This document shows positions 54,651 to 64,000 of a stretch of 64,000 bases of DNA, in pieces. A program made the position numbers and the translations under genes. Below the pieces are notes generated by a model. That model was given only the letters and a program-made list of their open reading frames with translations, was not told where the DNA came from and searched no databases. The stretch's first letter is position 1, and each line of letters begins with the position of its first letter. Where the stretch lies: sequence record NC_049849.1; one strand, 5' to 3'.

Positions 54651-56807
54651 TTACGCTGAGCGTTCGAGCGTCATGGCGACATTCGAGACAGCCCAATCAG
54701 TTCCACCAACAGGTTCAGTCAACAGCTGCTGAATCACCGTCGATTGATTCACGGGTACGTTGACTACCGTGCCTGCAGTCTGCACTTCAACGTCGTTGAC
54801 CTTTGTGCCGAGTTTGACAGTCGGGGTCGTAAGACCAGAAGTACGCGTCAGGGCTACAGTGTTCACCATGCCAAGTACCCGATGCTGCGCCGGGACAACG
54901 AAGGTAGGCAACGAGTACTCATCCTTCTGACCCACTGCCGAGGACTGCACCGACGACGTGCTGACAGACAAAGCTTGCTTGCCAATAGCCGTAGCGTTCG
55001 AAGCTTCGCTGGCAGGGGCCTTCTCCCATTGCTGCACCGGACTGGCATTTGCATTGTTGCGTACGACCTTCAAGCCGCCAAGATCACCCTTAGCTTTTCC
55101 GGCACCATCTGCAAACCAAATGTCATCGAACATATTGAGGCTGTAGTACGGCATCTGAAAGAAAGCATCGCTGTTGGCCGTTTCAGTCGTATTGCCGAGA
55201 ACGACGCTCTTCTCAGTGTGGAGCACTACGTCATCGACCATCCACACAACGTCATAAACGAACTGCGCAGTGCGCGTGGCAATGATGCGATAGTTCGCCC
55301 ACTTGTTGTCGCCAACCAACGTGGCAGGTCCTTGAACAAAGTTGCCGGTGCCGCTGTTGCGTTTAATCAGCGCATACGCAAAACCTGACGCGTAGCCGAA
55401 GGCAAAGTACTGACCAGAGTTCGTCGTGTCGATTCTCAGATTGGGTCCCGCACTGCGACCAAAGAAAACTCCCATGTGAGGCAGCGACAAGACCACGGCT
55501 TGCTGGATCGCGCAGTTGGTTACGTAATCCCAGCCGCCGTCCACGTCAAAGGCACGACTGAAAGTACGCGTGGTGGTCGTAGACTGCCACAACCATTGCA
55601 GATGTACGAGCTTATCCTGGAACTGCCCGATGTATGTTTGTCCACCCGCAAACAAGGATGGGTCTGTCTCACCAGTCACCCAGTTCTGGAAATCTTCCGT
55701 AACCAGCACTTGGGTTGATCCAACGTACACAGCATATTTGCCGGGCCGCAGCTCCCAAGTGCCATAAAAAATTTGGCTGGGTGTTGGCATTGCAATCGGT
55801 GTCCACGTAATCCCGCCGTCGAGGCTACTCAGGTAGAGGCCGGCTTGGCAAGCCATGACTGTGCGGCTACCGAAGACCGCAAGGTGCATCGGAGGCGAGG
55901 CGTTTGTGGTAGATACGTATTGCTGGGTCCAGGTAGCGCCGGTCGGAGAAGTCCATATCTGGCATCTGCTGTTGCTGCCGTTAGGCTCCACCCCGCCAAC
56001 AATCCAAAGCTGCGAGGCTTGATTGTAGATTACAGTACGCGCCGGGTTCGAGGTGCCCGCTGAGAAGTAGCGCCACCAACTGGACAACAGTGCGGGATTC
56101 GAACCATTAGTTGCCCAAATACACGTACCGGTGCCACCGCCTCCAGAACCGCCGACCCCAACGTACACATTGGTTACAGGATCGTAAGCAACATCCTGGA
56201 AGTTCATGGTGCTACCCGGCGAAGTTTCCGCAAAGCCTTCATACGGTCCGAGCAACGAATTCGAGAAACAGTTATACTGACCGATGCGCATGTAGTATTT
56301 GCCATCTGCCAGTTTCTTCCAATCACCGATCGTCTGACCAGCAGGAATATTGGAGGCAATTGTGATCGTTATCGGAGTATCAAAGAAGCCGCCGTCTACG
56401 GATTCAAAAATAGAATCAAGCCTTCCGCCTAGTGCAGCGATGAGGCGGCTAGAATCATCGCGCAGAAACGTAGTGTTCACCGGCAGCCCCGTGAACTGCG
56501 CAGCACGGCAGCCGAAGCTGAAGCCTCCGGTCGCATCCCAGTCGGCAGCTTTCGTCACCGACAGCTTTTTGCAGAACGTGTTACCGCCTGAGTTATCTGC
56601 CGTGAACGGAAACATACCACCTTGCGATATCGGCACGTTAGGACGAAGCAGAGTACGGCCATCAGGATACGACGCGGACTTGCCAGTGCATATTGCGTTC
56701 AGCTTCGGGTCTGTGTCGTTGCGAGCTGCCAGCCACACGTCTGGCAATGCTTTGAAGTCATCAGTGCGGCGCAGAGCCTCGCCGCCCTCTACAGAATGAA
56801 TAGTCAT
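54651..56807 (-). CDS. Putative receptor-binding protein with propeller insert, 718 aa
   Basis: WTSPTGATWT and SSLDGGITWT Asp boxes; C-terminal domain shared with the next two genes. Confidence 0.7.
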   Translation of the reverse strand: MTIHSVEGGEALRRTDDFKALPDVWLAARNDTDPKLNAICTGKSASYPDGRTLLRPNVPISQGGMFPFTADNSGGNTFCKKLSVTKAADWDATGGFSFGCRAAQFTGLPVNTTFLRDDSSRLIAALGGRLDSIFESVDGGFFDTPITITIASNIPAGQTIGDWKKLADGKYYMRIGQYNCFSNSLLGPYEGFAETSPGSTMNFQDVAYDPVTNVYVGVGGSGGGGTGTCIWATNGSNPALLSSWWRYFSAGTSNPARTVIYNQASQLWIVGGVEPNGSNSRCQIWTSPTGATWTQQYVSTTNASPPMHLAVFGSRTVMACQAGLYLSSLDGGITWTPIAMPTPSQIFYGTWELRPGKYAVYVGSTQVLVTEDFQNWVTGETDPSLFAGGQTYIGQFQDKLVHLQWLWQSTTTTRTFSRAFDVDGGWDYVTNCAIQQAVVLSLPHMGVFFGRSAGPNLRIDTTNSGQYFAFGYASGFAYALIKRNSGTGNFVQGPATLVGDNKWANYRIIATRTAQFVYDVVWMVDDVVLHTEKSVVLGNTTETANSDAFFQMPYYSLNMFDDIWFADGAGKAKGDLGGLKVVRNNANASPVQQWEKAPASEASNATAIGKQALSVSTSSVQSSAVGQKDEYSLPTFVVPAQHRVLGMVNTVALTRTSGLTTPTVKLGTKVNDVEVQTAGTVVNVPVNQSTVIQQLLTEPVGGTDWAVSNVAMTLERSA

Positions 56808-56819
56808 TGCTGACTCCTA

Positions 56820-57998
56820 TTAAACGCTGGTCTGTCCGAACTCTGCGGCCCTGATAGATGCGTCAGTCCATGCGGTGTCATCCTTGCCCTGCTCTACGAT
56901 CATCGACAACGCGCCAATGCCACGATCAACCACACCGTTGCCGGTTTGCAGAGGATCAGCCGCGGTGTCTTTCATCGAAGGCAGGACCGACATATACTTG
57001 TTGGTCTGCAGTCTGTACTTCACGGCGTTGACGTTCGCCAAGGTCACACCAACCGGCGGCACAAACTTGTACAGGTCCGTCTCATCTGACTGCAGAGCTT
57101 GAACGAAGTCCGTGCCGTTGGTCGCAGCAACGTAGTTATCGACACCAGGAGCCGACGACTGCCATTGAATGATCGAGCCGTCGGCATCAGCCGTGAGCTT
57201 GCCAAACTGTTGCGGTTTCATTTCCGGCAACGTGTTCGCGCCGCTAACCGCCGAGTTCGCCGTGCCGGTCGTGAATCCAGGCGGCCAGTCGGCATCAGCA
57301 CCGGACACCGCACTCATAGTTTGCACGCTCAGCGAATAATCAAAGCTAGTCGAGCTGAACGGCAGCCACGAATCGGTAACGTTGTTCGGGCTGGTGCCTG
57401 CAATCAGAGTCACCGAAACGTTATCGGCCACGGTAGCGCCAGAGATTCGGTACGTTGCCTTCACGCGATCAGCAGCAACTGCAGTGTTGTCGCAGTACAG
57501 GCGTACGTCGATCCAGTAGTACACGCCAAGCTGAATCGCGACCATGATAGGCGACGTGCCGATGGCAGACAGGTTGGTCGGAAACAGAAGGTTCAGGCCG
57601 TTGGTCGTGTTATTCAGAATGCCAATGATCGACGAGAAGACCGTAGCTGCAGTTGCCGAAGAGCCAATGCCGATGACAGGCTGAGCAGCCAACGTGTTAG
57701 CCACGGTGTTGAAGCGCACCCAGCCGGCCCACTGGAACAGGGCTTTGTTCGCATTCGCGCTACCAGAGCCGTTGTTCAGAATACCGGTCGACGGGAAACG
57801 GACACGCATAGCGGCCGCAGTAGTTGCCGAGGGTGCGCGATTGACGGACAGGCCGTAACCGGGGTACTTACCAGTCCCGGTTGTAACTTGAGGAGTACGA
57901 GTAGCATCCAGAACATAGAAAGGATGTCGCTGTTGAATGATGCCGAGGGGCAAATCGTTCCACGTTTGGAAACTTGCAATCTTCTTAGGGCGGGCCAT
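56820..57998 (-). CDS. Putative receptor-binding paralogue without propeller, 392 aa
   Basis: ADADGSIIQW...DNYVAA...VQA...ETDLYKF aligns with the neighbours' C-termini. Confidence 0.65.
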   Translation of the reverse strand: MARPKKIASFQTWNDLPLGIIQQRHPFYVLDATRTPQVTTGTGKYPGYGLSVNRAPSATTAAAMRVRFPSTGILNNGSGSANANKALFQWAGWVRFNTVANTLAAQPVIGIGSSATAATVFSSIIGILNNTTNGLNLLFPTNLSAIGTSPIMVAIQLGVYYWIDVRLYCDNTAVAADRVKATYRISGATVADNVSVTLIAGTSPNNVTDSWLPFSSTSFDYSLSVQTMSAVSGADADWPPGFTTGTANSAVSGANTLPEMKPQQFGKLTADADGSIIQWQSSAPGVDNYVAATNGTDFVQALQSDETDLYKFVPPVGVTLANVNAVKYRLQTNKYMSVLPSMKDTAADPLQTGNGVVDRGIGALSMIVEQGKDDTAWTDASIRAAEFGQTSV

Positions 57999-58000
57999 AT

Positions 58001-60052
58001 TTATTCCTTGAGGATAGTTACTTGTGCGGTCTCGACTGCTTCACGCGTCCATGCTGCGCCGGTCGTCGGATTCTTGGGGAGCTTCTGCTTCACGGTGGTC
58101 CAGCTGCGCAGCGCTCCGGTCAACGTAATGCTAGAGGTCTCGGTAGTGACTCCACCGCTGACCGTGCCCAGCTTTACTTTCTGTGCAACATCCAACAGCT
58201 TAGAGAATGAAGCTTCGTGCGTCACTGACAAGACTGAGTACTGTGCGGGAATGGTTCCACCAAAGCCGTACGTATCACGCTGGCCGTTGTCTCCGGACTG
58301 TACCGAAGTGTTTGACGAGGTAGCACCATACGTAGCCACTGCTTGATAGTTCTCAATCAAATCCGGCACTGGAATCCACTGCTGTTCACCAACGTCGGCA
58401 TTCGGCACGTCACCAAGCACGCGCACGTCACCGAAGATTGTGGGCTCTGGGAAAAACACCCAGTCGTCAACGTGTACGAACTGTGCGCTCGGACCAATCG
58501 AGAAAATCAGATTGTTGGTCGTGGTTATCGTTGACCAGCTGACCGTAGTCTCTGCCGTCTGATTGCCGTCGATGAAATACTGCAGATTGACCGAGGTCGG
58601 CGACGCTATCTCAGCTTTGATTTCGATTTGATGCCATTCGTTGAATCCGATGGGAACGTTGGTGCTAGTAATCGCTGCAGCATTCGCTGCGATATAGAAG
58701 TACGAGTTCTGCTGAGGAGTAGACACCGAACCGTTAGTTAGTGCAACGCCGCAGGGGGCTTGGCCAGTCGAAGCCGTACTGCCCGTAATGGTCGAGAAGA
58801 AAAAGCCCGTATGATTCGCAGTCGCGGTCACAGTAGCTGCGGTAAGCGGGCACAATAGTTCCGGCACCCAGTTCTCACCGTTAGCATCGGAGCTGTAAAT
58901 CCAGAGACCTCCGTTAGATACTGCATACGTAGCGACAAATCGACCATTGACGAACTGCAGGTCTTTGCTGAACGCATTGCTTAGCACGGTGGCGGAACTG
59001 CCAGTGTTAATCACTCTCCACGTCAAGCCCAGGTCGGTGCTAACGTACACCGTGGTCGTCGCATGACGGACAGCAACGATAGTCTCGCCGTTGTTCGCCA
59101 TCGCGTAGAAGAAGTCGTTAACTGGAAGCGTCACGGCTTGCCACGTTGCACCGTTGTCTACCGAGCGCGCTGCGATCCCTTCGCCAACCGTGAGATAGCC
59201 AGTCGGAGTCGACACCACAGCACTGTACACTCCGCTACCTACAGTGGTTCTAGTCCACGTCGTGCCGAGGTCATTAGATACTCCGATGTATCCACCGTTG
59301 CCGACCATGACCCACGGCTTACCAACCGGACACGTTATGCCGTTGAGCTGCGTCGGCGGAGTCGCTACCACAGCATCGGTCCACGTCGTTCGGTCCGTCG
59401 AGTACTTCAAGAAACCGCCGCTCGGGCCTTGACCAACTACGAAGAACTTGGAGTCTGCGAATTCGATAGCCTTGGCCGTCCAGACCTGAGTGCCAACTGG
59501 CATCTGAGTTCTCGTGAATCCGATATCCGGGTTGCCAGAAAACACATACCAGCCTTGATTACTGCCATTGCCCGAAGCGAACCACAGCATGTTAGTGCCG
59601 TCAGTGCCAGTCGCTTGTACCGAACCGTTAGCCGGCGTTTGCGTATTCGTTGCCGAACCGAACGCCCAGTTGCCGAGGTTAGGAGACACGCCGAAGTAGT
59701 CACCGGTGACCACACCAGAGGTCGGGACCATCCACTGATCGCCGACATAACGCGGAACCGCCAACACCGAATTAGCGATCCAGGCGCGTACACGATAGGA
59801 CATGCCGAAACCACGATTGGTTACCAGCGTGGCGTAAGACGTTCCGGTGTCAATCAACAGCGGAGTGTTGGTCGTTCCACCCGTGGGAGCGGCTGACGTA
59901 TTTGTGCCGGTGACTCCGATCATGGCGCAACGGCCAGACTGTCCAGCGTTACCTGCTGCAGTTCGTGCCGCTGTGCCTACGACGTAACCAGCGATTCGGA
60001 AGTCGTCACTGGTGGTGACGTTCTCGAATCCTTCAAAAGAATATTCACTCAT
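58001..60052 (-). CDS. Putative receptor-binding protein with BNR propeller, 683 aa
   Basis: YSTDRTTWT, VSNDLGTTWT, RSVDNGATWQ, VSTDLGLTWR and SSDANGENW Asp boxes. Confidence 0.75.
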   Translation of the reverse strand: MSEYSFEGFENVTTSDDFRIAGYVVGTAARTAAGNAGQSGRCAMIGVTGTNTSAAPTGGTTNTPLLIDTGTSYATLVTNRGFGMSYRVRAWIANSVLAVPRYVGDQWMVPTSGVVTGDYFGVSPNLGNWAFGSATNTQTPANGSVQATGTDGTNMLWFASGNGSNQGWYVFSGNPDIGFTRTQMPVGTQVWTAKAIEFADSKFFVVGQGPSGGFLKYSTDRTTWTDAVVATPPTQLNGITCPVGKPWVMVGNGGYIGVSNDLGTTWTRTTVGSGVYSAVVSTPTGYLTVGEGIAARSVDNGATWQAVTLPVNDFFYAMANNGETIVAVRHATTTVYVSTDLGLTWRVINTGSSATVLSNAFSKDLQFVNGRFVATYAVSNGGLWIYSSDANGENWVPELLCPLTAATVTATANHTGFFFSTITGSTASTGQAPCGVALTNGSVSTPQQNSYFYIAANAAAITSTNVPIGFNEWHQIEIKAEIASPTSVNLQYFIDGNQTAETTVSWSTITTTNNLIFSIGPSAQFVHVDDWVFFPEPTIFGDVRVLGDVPNADVGEQQWIPVPDLIENYQAVATYGATSSNTSVQSGDNGQRDTYGFGGTIPAQYSVLSVTHEASFSKLLDVAQKVKLGTVSGGVTTETSSITLTGALRSWTTVKQKLPKNPTTGAAWTREAVETAQVTILKE

Positions 60053-61278
60053 TGCCGTTTACCTATCAGGTTCAGTGAAATGCTTTCCAGGTTGGTAGTG
60101 GCGAATGCCCACTCCAGTACGTCACCGGAAGCAAAGCTCACGGGCAGACCGCTCGTTGACGTGAACGCAGAAGAGTTGCCAGTCATAATCAGCGTACCGA
60201 CTTGGACCGGAGTGGTAGTGCCCGTCGCAATCTTGTTCAGCGTCAAGGTAGCAGTGGTGCCTGCTGCGTAGCTCACAAAGGCTTTGGCTCCTGCAAAGTT
60301 CGCTTCGAAGTCCACCGGCTCTACAAACACGTATCGAATCGACTGCAGCAACGTCGGCTCGCCCTCTGCAAAGAAACCAACGTAAGCCGTTGCGGGATCG
60401 GGCGGCAGATTGTCGAGGTCGAGGTAGTCGTTGCTAGTCGCAACCAAGCCCAGGCCCGTGATCGACGATGCCGGTTGCGTGTGCGGAGACGGCGTAAAAG
60501 ACGCTGGAATACCGGTTAATTGCGCATATGCACCGGTTTTTCCTACGTCTGACAGTCCTGGCAGATTCGATGCGTCAATGGTCACGACGTTGGTCTGGCC
60601 GTTGACCGACACCACATCGCCAGTGATCAGCGGGATTTTATCCCAGCGCGTGCCCGAGCAAATGATCTGGTCGCCAACGTTCCAAGCACCGATGCCATCA
60701 ATCACAGTGTTACCCGCGACCGAGACCGAGTAGTAATAGCCTTGCAACGAAGGATCAGCTGCCGGGATCGTCGGAGTGTTGGTCGACGCATCCCACACGC
60801 CTTGGTATCGTGGAGCACCCGTGATCGAACTCGGCAAGTATTCCGGCTTGATCGTATCGTTGCCGTCCAAGATATCAAGACCGAAGTCAGCGCGGGTAAG
60901 AACGACAACGCCAGTCTTGGCAATGCCGTTCTGCCCCTGCACCGAAATCATGGAAGCGCTGATCGTGCCATCGCCTGCAATCGTCACGCCGGACCCAGTC
61001 TTCACGCCACCAATGTCAGTAGCGTTAGCTGCAGGCAGCTCGTAGTTGATGATCGTCGGCTTGTCGTCCAGACTGTTATACGAGTTCGTAGTAGCTACCG
61101 GCGCAAGATCGGAAGCCGACAGACCACCAACGACTACGATGGTGCCCGCCGATGACTTAGCAAAGATTTTGCCATCAGCAGTGTTGACTGCAAGCTCGCG
61201 CTCTGCAAGCTGCGAAGGCAGAGGAACTGCACCCGGAGTGTGCGAACCTTTTATCTGAATTGGAATGTCAAGGTTCAT
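60049..61278 (-). CDS. Fibre/adaptor virion protein, 409 aa
   Basis: N-terminal GAVP...ERELAVNTADGKIF anchor; YQGVWDASTNTPT module shared with 29248..30468. Confidence 0.7.
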   Translation of the reverse strand: MNLDIPIQIKGSHTPGAVPLPSQLAERELAVNTADGKIFAKSSAGTIVVVGGLSASDLAPVATTNSYNSLDDKPTIINYELPAANATDIGGVKTGSGVTIAGDGTISASMISVQGQNGIAKTGVVVLTRADFGLDILDGNDTIKPEYLPSSITGAPRYQGVWDASTNTPTIPAADPSLQGYYYSVSVAGNTVIDGIGAWNVGDQIICSGTRWDKIPLITGDVVSVNGQTNVVTIDASNLPGLSDVGKTGAYAQLTGIPASFTPSPHTQPASSITGLGLVATSNDYLDLDNLPPDPATAYVGFFAEGEPTLLQSIRYVFVEPVDFEANFAGAKAFVSYAAGTTATLTLNKIATGTTTPVQVGTLIMTGNSSAFTSTSGLPVSFASGDVLEWAFATTNLESISLNLIGKRQ

Positions 61279-63986
61279 TAGAATGTACCTCTATCGAAAG
61301 TCAAAGTTTGCAAGAACACTTTGGTCACTGCGTCGTCATCGTTCACCGGCTGCGCGAGATTGGTGATTGCACTGCCGCCCATGTTGATTGCGCCTTGCAT
61401 CGTACCGCCCTCAATGGGCAGTGCGTCAACGTCATCAGCTGCGAGTTCGAGATTGCCCGCACCGTCAGGAGCAACACCGTTGATGGTTTGAATGCCACCG
61501 CCACCACCTGAGCCACCACCGGTAGAGCTAACAGTGATAACGCCATCCTGTAGATCAACGAGGGTGTTGGTGCCGCCAACGATACGACGAATCAACGCAG
61601 TGTTGCCCGTACCTTGACCCGAGTCAGACACCAGAGATACAGCACCCGTGGTAGTCGCAGCATCATTCTGAACCGCAATCACGCCCTGCTGAATTGCTGA
61701 GCTGAGAGTGATGGTGTTCGAACCCAAGTCGGTAACGAGGTCGATGCCGCCTTGTGCCTGCAGCGTCACGTCACCCTGAATTGCGTTGACTGCGTTGACA
61801 CCAGAAGTAACTGTGCCAGCGAATCTGAAGATCAACGAGTCAGAGCCCGAAGCCGTAATGTCGATGCCGTCGCCTACAAAGTTCAGAGCGCCTTGCAAAG
61901 TGTTGACCGACGCCACACCACCAACCATGTTCGACGACAGGGTGATGGTCTTCGTCACCGGGTTGTTGTTCACGGCCACGCCAGTGCCTGCTGCGACCTT
62001 CACCGAACCCGTCATCGAGTTCAAGTCCGTCACCGAAGCTGCTGCACCGAGCGACGTAATCGTTATGTTCTGACCAGTCGTGTCAACGCCAATGCCCGTA
62101 CCAGCTTGAATGGTAACAGCACCCTTCGCAGCATTGAGGCTTGTAACCGGATCGACAAGATTGCGGAACTCAAAGCCGCCGGCCACTGGTTGAATGTCGA
62201 TGCCGACACCCGAGAACGTCAGCGGACCAGACTGGCCGTTGATGCTTTCGACACCAGAAGTCGCCGTGGAGTTGAACGTCAGGATGCCTGCCGTCAAATC
62301 CATAGTGATGCCGGTGCCTGCCTTCAAAGCCGCAAGCACTCCATTCGGATTGTTCACCAACGAGAACGCATCCGTGCCCGTCACCGAGGACAACGCAAGG
62401 ACTCCGCTGTTAGTGATCGTCACTTCAGTAGCATTGGCCGACATGGACATGCCAGTGCCAGCTACAATCGACTTCACGCCGCCGGCCACCGTAGTCGATA
62501 CCAGAGTGTTGCCGGTCGTACCTACGTTGGTCAACGCGCCAAGCTTCGTACCCAGAGCATCATCAAGGCCTTCCAAGTGCGTGACCAGCGGAGCCTTAGC
62601 AGCGCCCGTGTAATTCACGCCTGCGCGAGTGACCAGAGTGTCTACGTCGAACGCAGACTTAACGCCAATGTCGTCACCGTTCAGCACGTCCGAGTCAAGA
62701 TTGCGCGTCGTGTTAAACAGCTGGTAGTCGCAGTCGCCCGTCTTGTTGATGTAGGACAGGCCGCCCGACGTATCAAGCGCCACGTTAGCCAGAGACAAGA
62801 AACCGCCAGCAGCCTTCGTTGCCGAACTGTTGATAGCAGCCACGCCCGGGCTGGTTCCTATCCTGGCAATCTGATCCAGGAACAGTCGACCGTTCGTATG
62901 ATTCACTGCCGAGAAGGAATCACACTCCATGCCGTAGACAGTACCGCCGTTGACTTCGAGGCTGAACTGACCGCTGGTCTCTTGGAACTTGAGAGTGCCG
63001 CCATTGTGCTGCAGGCGAGGATTCAGCACACCCATCAAGTTAAAGAATTCAATCACGCCGGTGGTTGCTACGTCACTGGTATAAGCAATCTGCGTATTGT
63101 TCGCAAACGTCGTGAAGTTTCGAAGCTGTATGTTGCCAGTGTAACCTTGAGCGCGAATCTGTGCACCCGTGGCTTGAGCAGCCAAGTCCAAGCCATCAAG
63201 CACAACATCTTGACCGCCAGTAATCGTAACCGAGCCGTTAAGAACCGCGCCGGGAGAGAAGCGCATGTGGAACTTGATATCGCCAACGCGAATCGACTCG
63301 GCGTACGTTGCATTGGTAACCAACACCAACGTGTCGGTAGTAATCGCGGCCAGAGCTGCCGTAATCGTTTTGAACGGCTGACTCCAGCTGCCGTTACCCA
63401 ATATTGCGTCGCCCTTCGGATCAACGAAGAACGTATTGCTGGGAGTGAACGCACCGCCGACGATTGAAGGATCAACCGACAGCTGACCATTCGAGTCAAC
63501 CAACAGGCCGCCGCCGGACTCAACCGACACCAAGCCTACTTCAGTGGTAGTGGCGTTGGGAATCTCAACGTTGCCTTCAGCATCAGGCAGCTGGTTGTTG
63601 ACGGACTTGACCGTACCAGCGCCCGAGCCTTTCTCAGTGATGACAATCCACACATCATTAGAGCTGGCAGGCACCTCGGTAGCCGTTGCGGACACGTCGA
63701 TGCCTGCGCGATATGCCATCGAGTCTTCAGGAATCGCGACCGGAGCTGCGAGCTGGAAGTACAACGAGATATCGTAGTTGCCCTTTATGACCAGCGAGAT
63801 TAGCTTCTGGTCAACTGCAAACACATAGCGGGTATCATTGAAGAAGTACAGACCTTGCTGTGCCTGACCCTCATCCGCCGAAAGCACCACTGCGCTATCT
63901 AGGTTACCGTACTGCAACGGCAACGAAGTGACGAAGGGCGCATAGAGTTGTTGTTGGCTTGTACCCCGGTAGATATCCAGGGGCAA
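61278..63986 (-). CDS. Long fibre-like virion protein, 902 aa
   Basis: Many V[ST]S[LVI]NG...G.VT repeats, FFVDPKGD...GSWSQPFKTITAA spike motif; ends FDRGTF. Confidence 0.75.
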   Translation of the reverse strand: MPLDIYRGTSQQQLYAPFVTSLPLQYGNLDSAVVLSADEGQAQQGLYFFNDTRYVFAVDQKLISLVIKGNYDISLYFQLAAPVAIPEDSMAYRAGIDVSATATEVPASSNDVWIVITEKGSGAGTVKSVNNQLPDAEGNVEIPNATTTEVGLVSVESGGGLLVDSNGQLSVDPSIVGGAFTPSNTFFVDPKGDAILGNGSWSQPFKTITAALAAITTDTLVLVTNATYAESIRVGDIKFHMRFSPGAVLNGSVTITGGQDVVLDGLDLAAQATGAQIRAQGYTGNIQLRNFTTFANNTQIAYTSDVATTGVIEFFNLMGVLNPRLQHNGGTLKFQETSGQFSLEVNGGTVYGMECDSFSAVNHTNGRLFLDQIARIGTSPGVAAINSSATKAAGGFLSLANVALDTSGGLSYINKTGDCDYQLFNTTRNLDSDVLNGDDIGVKSAFDVDTLVTRAGVNYTGAAKAPLVTHLEGLDDALGTKLGALTNVGTTGNTLVSTTVAGGVKSIVAGTGMSMSANATEVTITNSGVLALSSVTGTDAFSLVNNPNGVLAALKAGTGITMDLTAGILTFNSTATSGVESINGQSGPLTFSGVGIDIQPVAGGFEFRNLVDPVTSLNAAKGAVTIQAGTGIGVDTTGQNITITSLGAAASVTDLNSMTGSVKVAAGTGVAVNNNPVTKTITLSSNMVGGVASVNTLQGALNFVGDGIDITASGSDSLIFRFAGTVTSGVNAVNAIQGDVTLQAQGGIDLVTDLGSNTITLSSAIQQGVIAVQNDAATTTGAVSLVSDSGQGTGNTALIRRIVGGTNTLVDLQDGVITVSSTGGGSGGGGGIQTINGVAPDGAGNLELAADDVDALPIEGGTMQGAINMGGSAITNLAQPVNDDDAVTKVFLQTLTFDRGTF

Positions 63987-64000
63987 ATAAAAACGCGATT

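Noticed and set aside
1-64000. Stop-codon reassignment, tRNA or rRNA genes
   Set aside because: TAA, TAG and TGA all terminate tightly tiled genes under the standard code. No cloverleaf or rRNA-like segment was recognised by eye; tRNAscan was not run.

Overview
This window is a 64 kb segment of a large lytic myovirus (jumbo-phage-like) genome, consisting almost entirely of late/virion genes. From recollection only, the organisation resembles RSL1/PaBG/Lu11-type phages; this was not verified by search. Bases 1-30.5 kb (minus strand) hold a partial prohead protease, an Acb1-like 2H phosphoesterase, a 1528-aa SNF2-type ATPase, HNH and SprT-like genes, a long array of small/medium genes, putative neck proteins and tail-fibre genes. 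Bases 30.6-51.7 kb (plus strand) hold a RuvC-like resolvase, the portal, and a T4/P2-like tube-initiator, hub, spike and wedge module with a GH19 muramidase and an inserted GIY-YIG/NUMOD3 homing endonuclease. Bases 51.7-64 kb (minus strand) hold more fibre/receptor-binding genes. The main unexplained signal is a shared 10-13 residue leader, M-x(0-3)-[IV]-x-[AS]-x-x-R-L-x-A, found at the N-terminus of 15 otherwise mostly unrelated proteins. Their payloads include three tandem R-S-ExE ADP-ribosyltransferase-like paralogues, an H-type ART, an RMF-like protein and a DUF3175-like protein. I infer a capsid-targeting/maturation tag for a battery of injected host-takeover or anti-defence effectors. 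Other observations are a recoded duplication of the gp25 5' end around the homing endonuclease, a candidate +1 frameshift in the tail chaperone, a candidate AATTTnATA late promoter, and domain shuffling among fibre genes. No tRNA, rRNA or CRISPR array was recognised. All family calls come from motif recognition by eye, not database searches.
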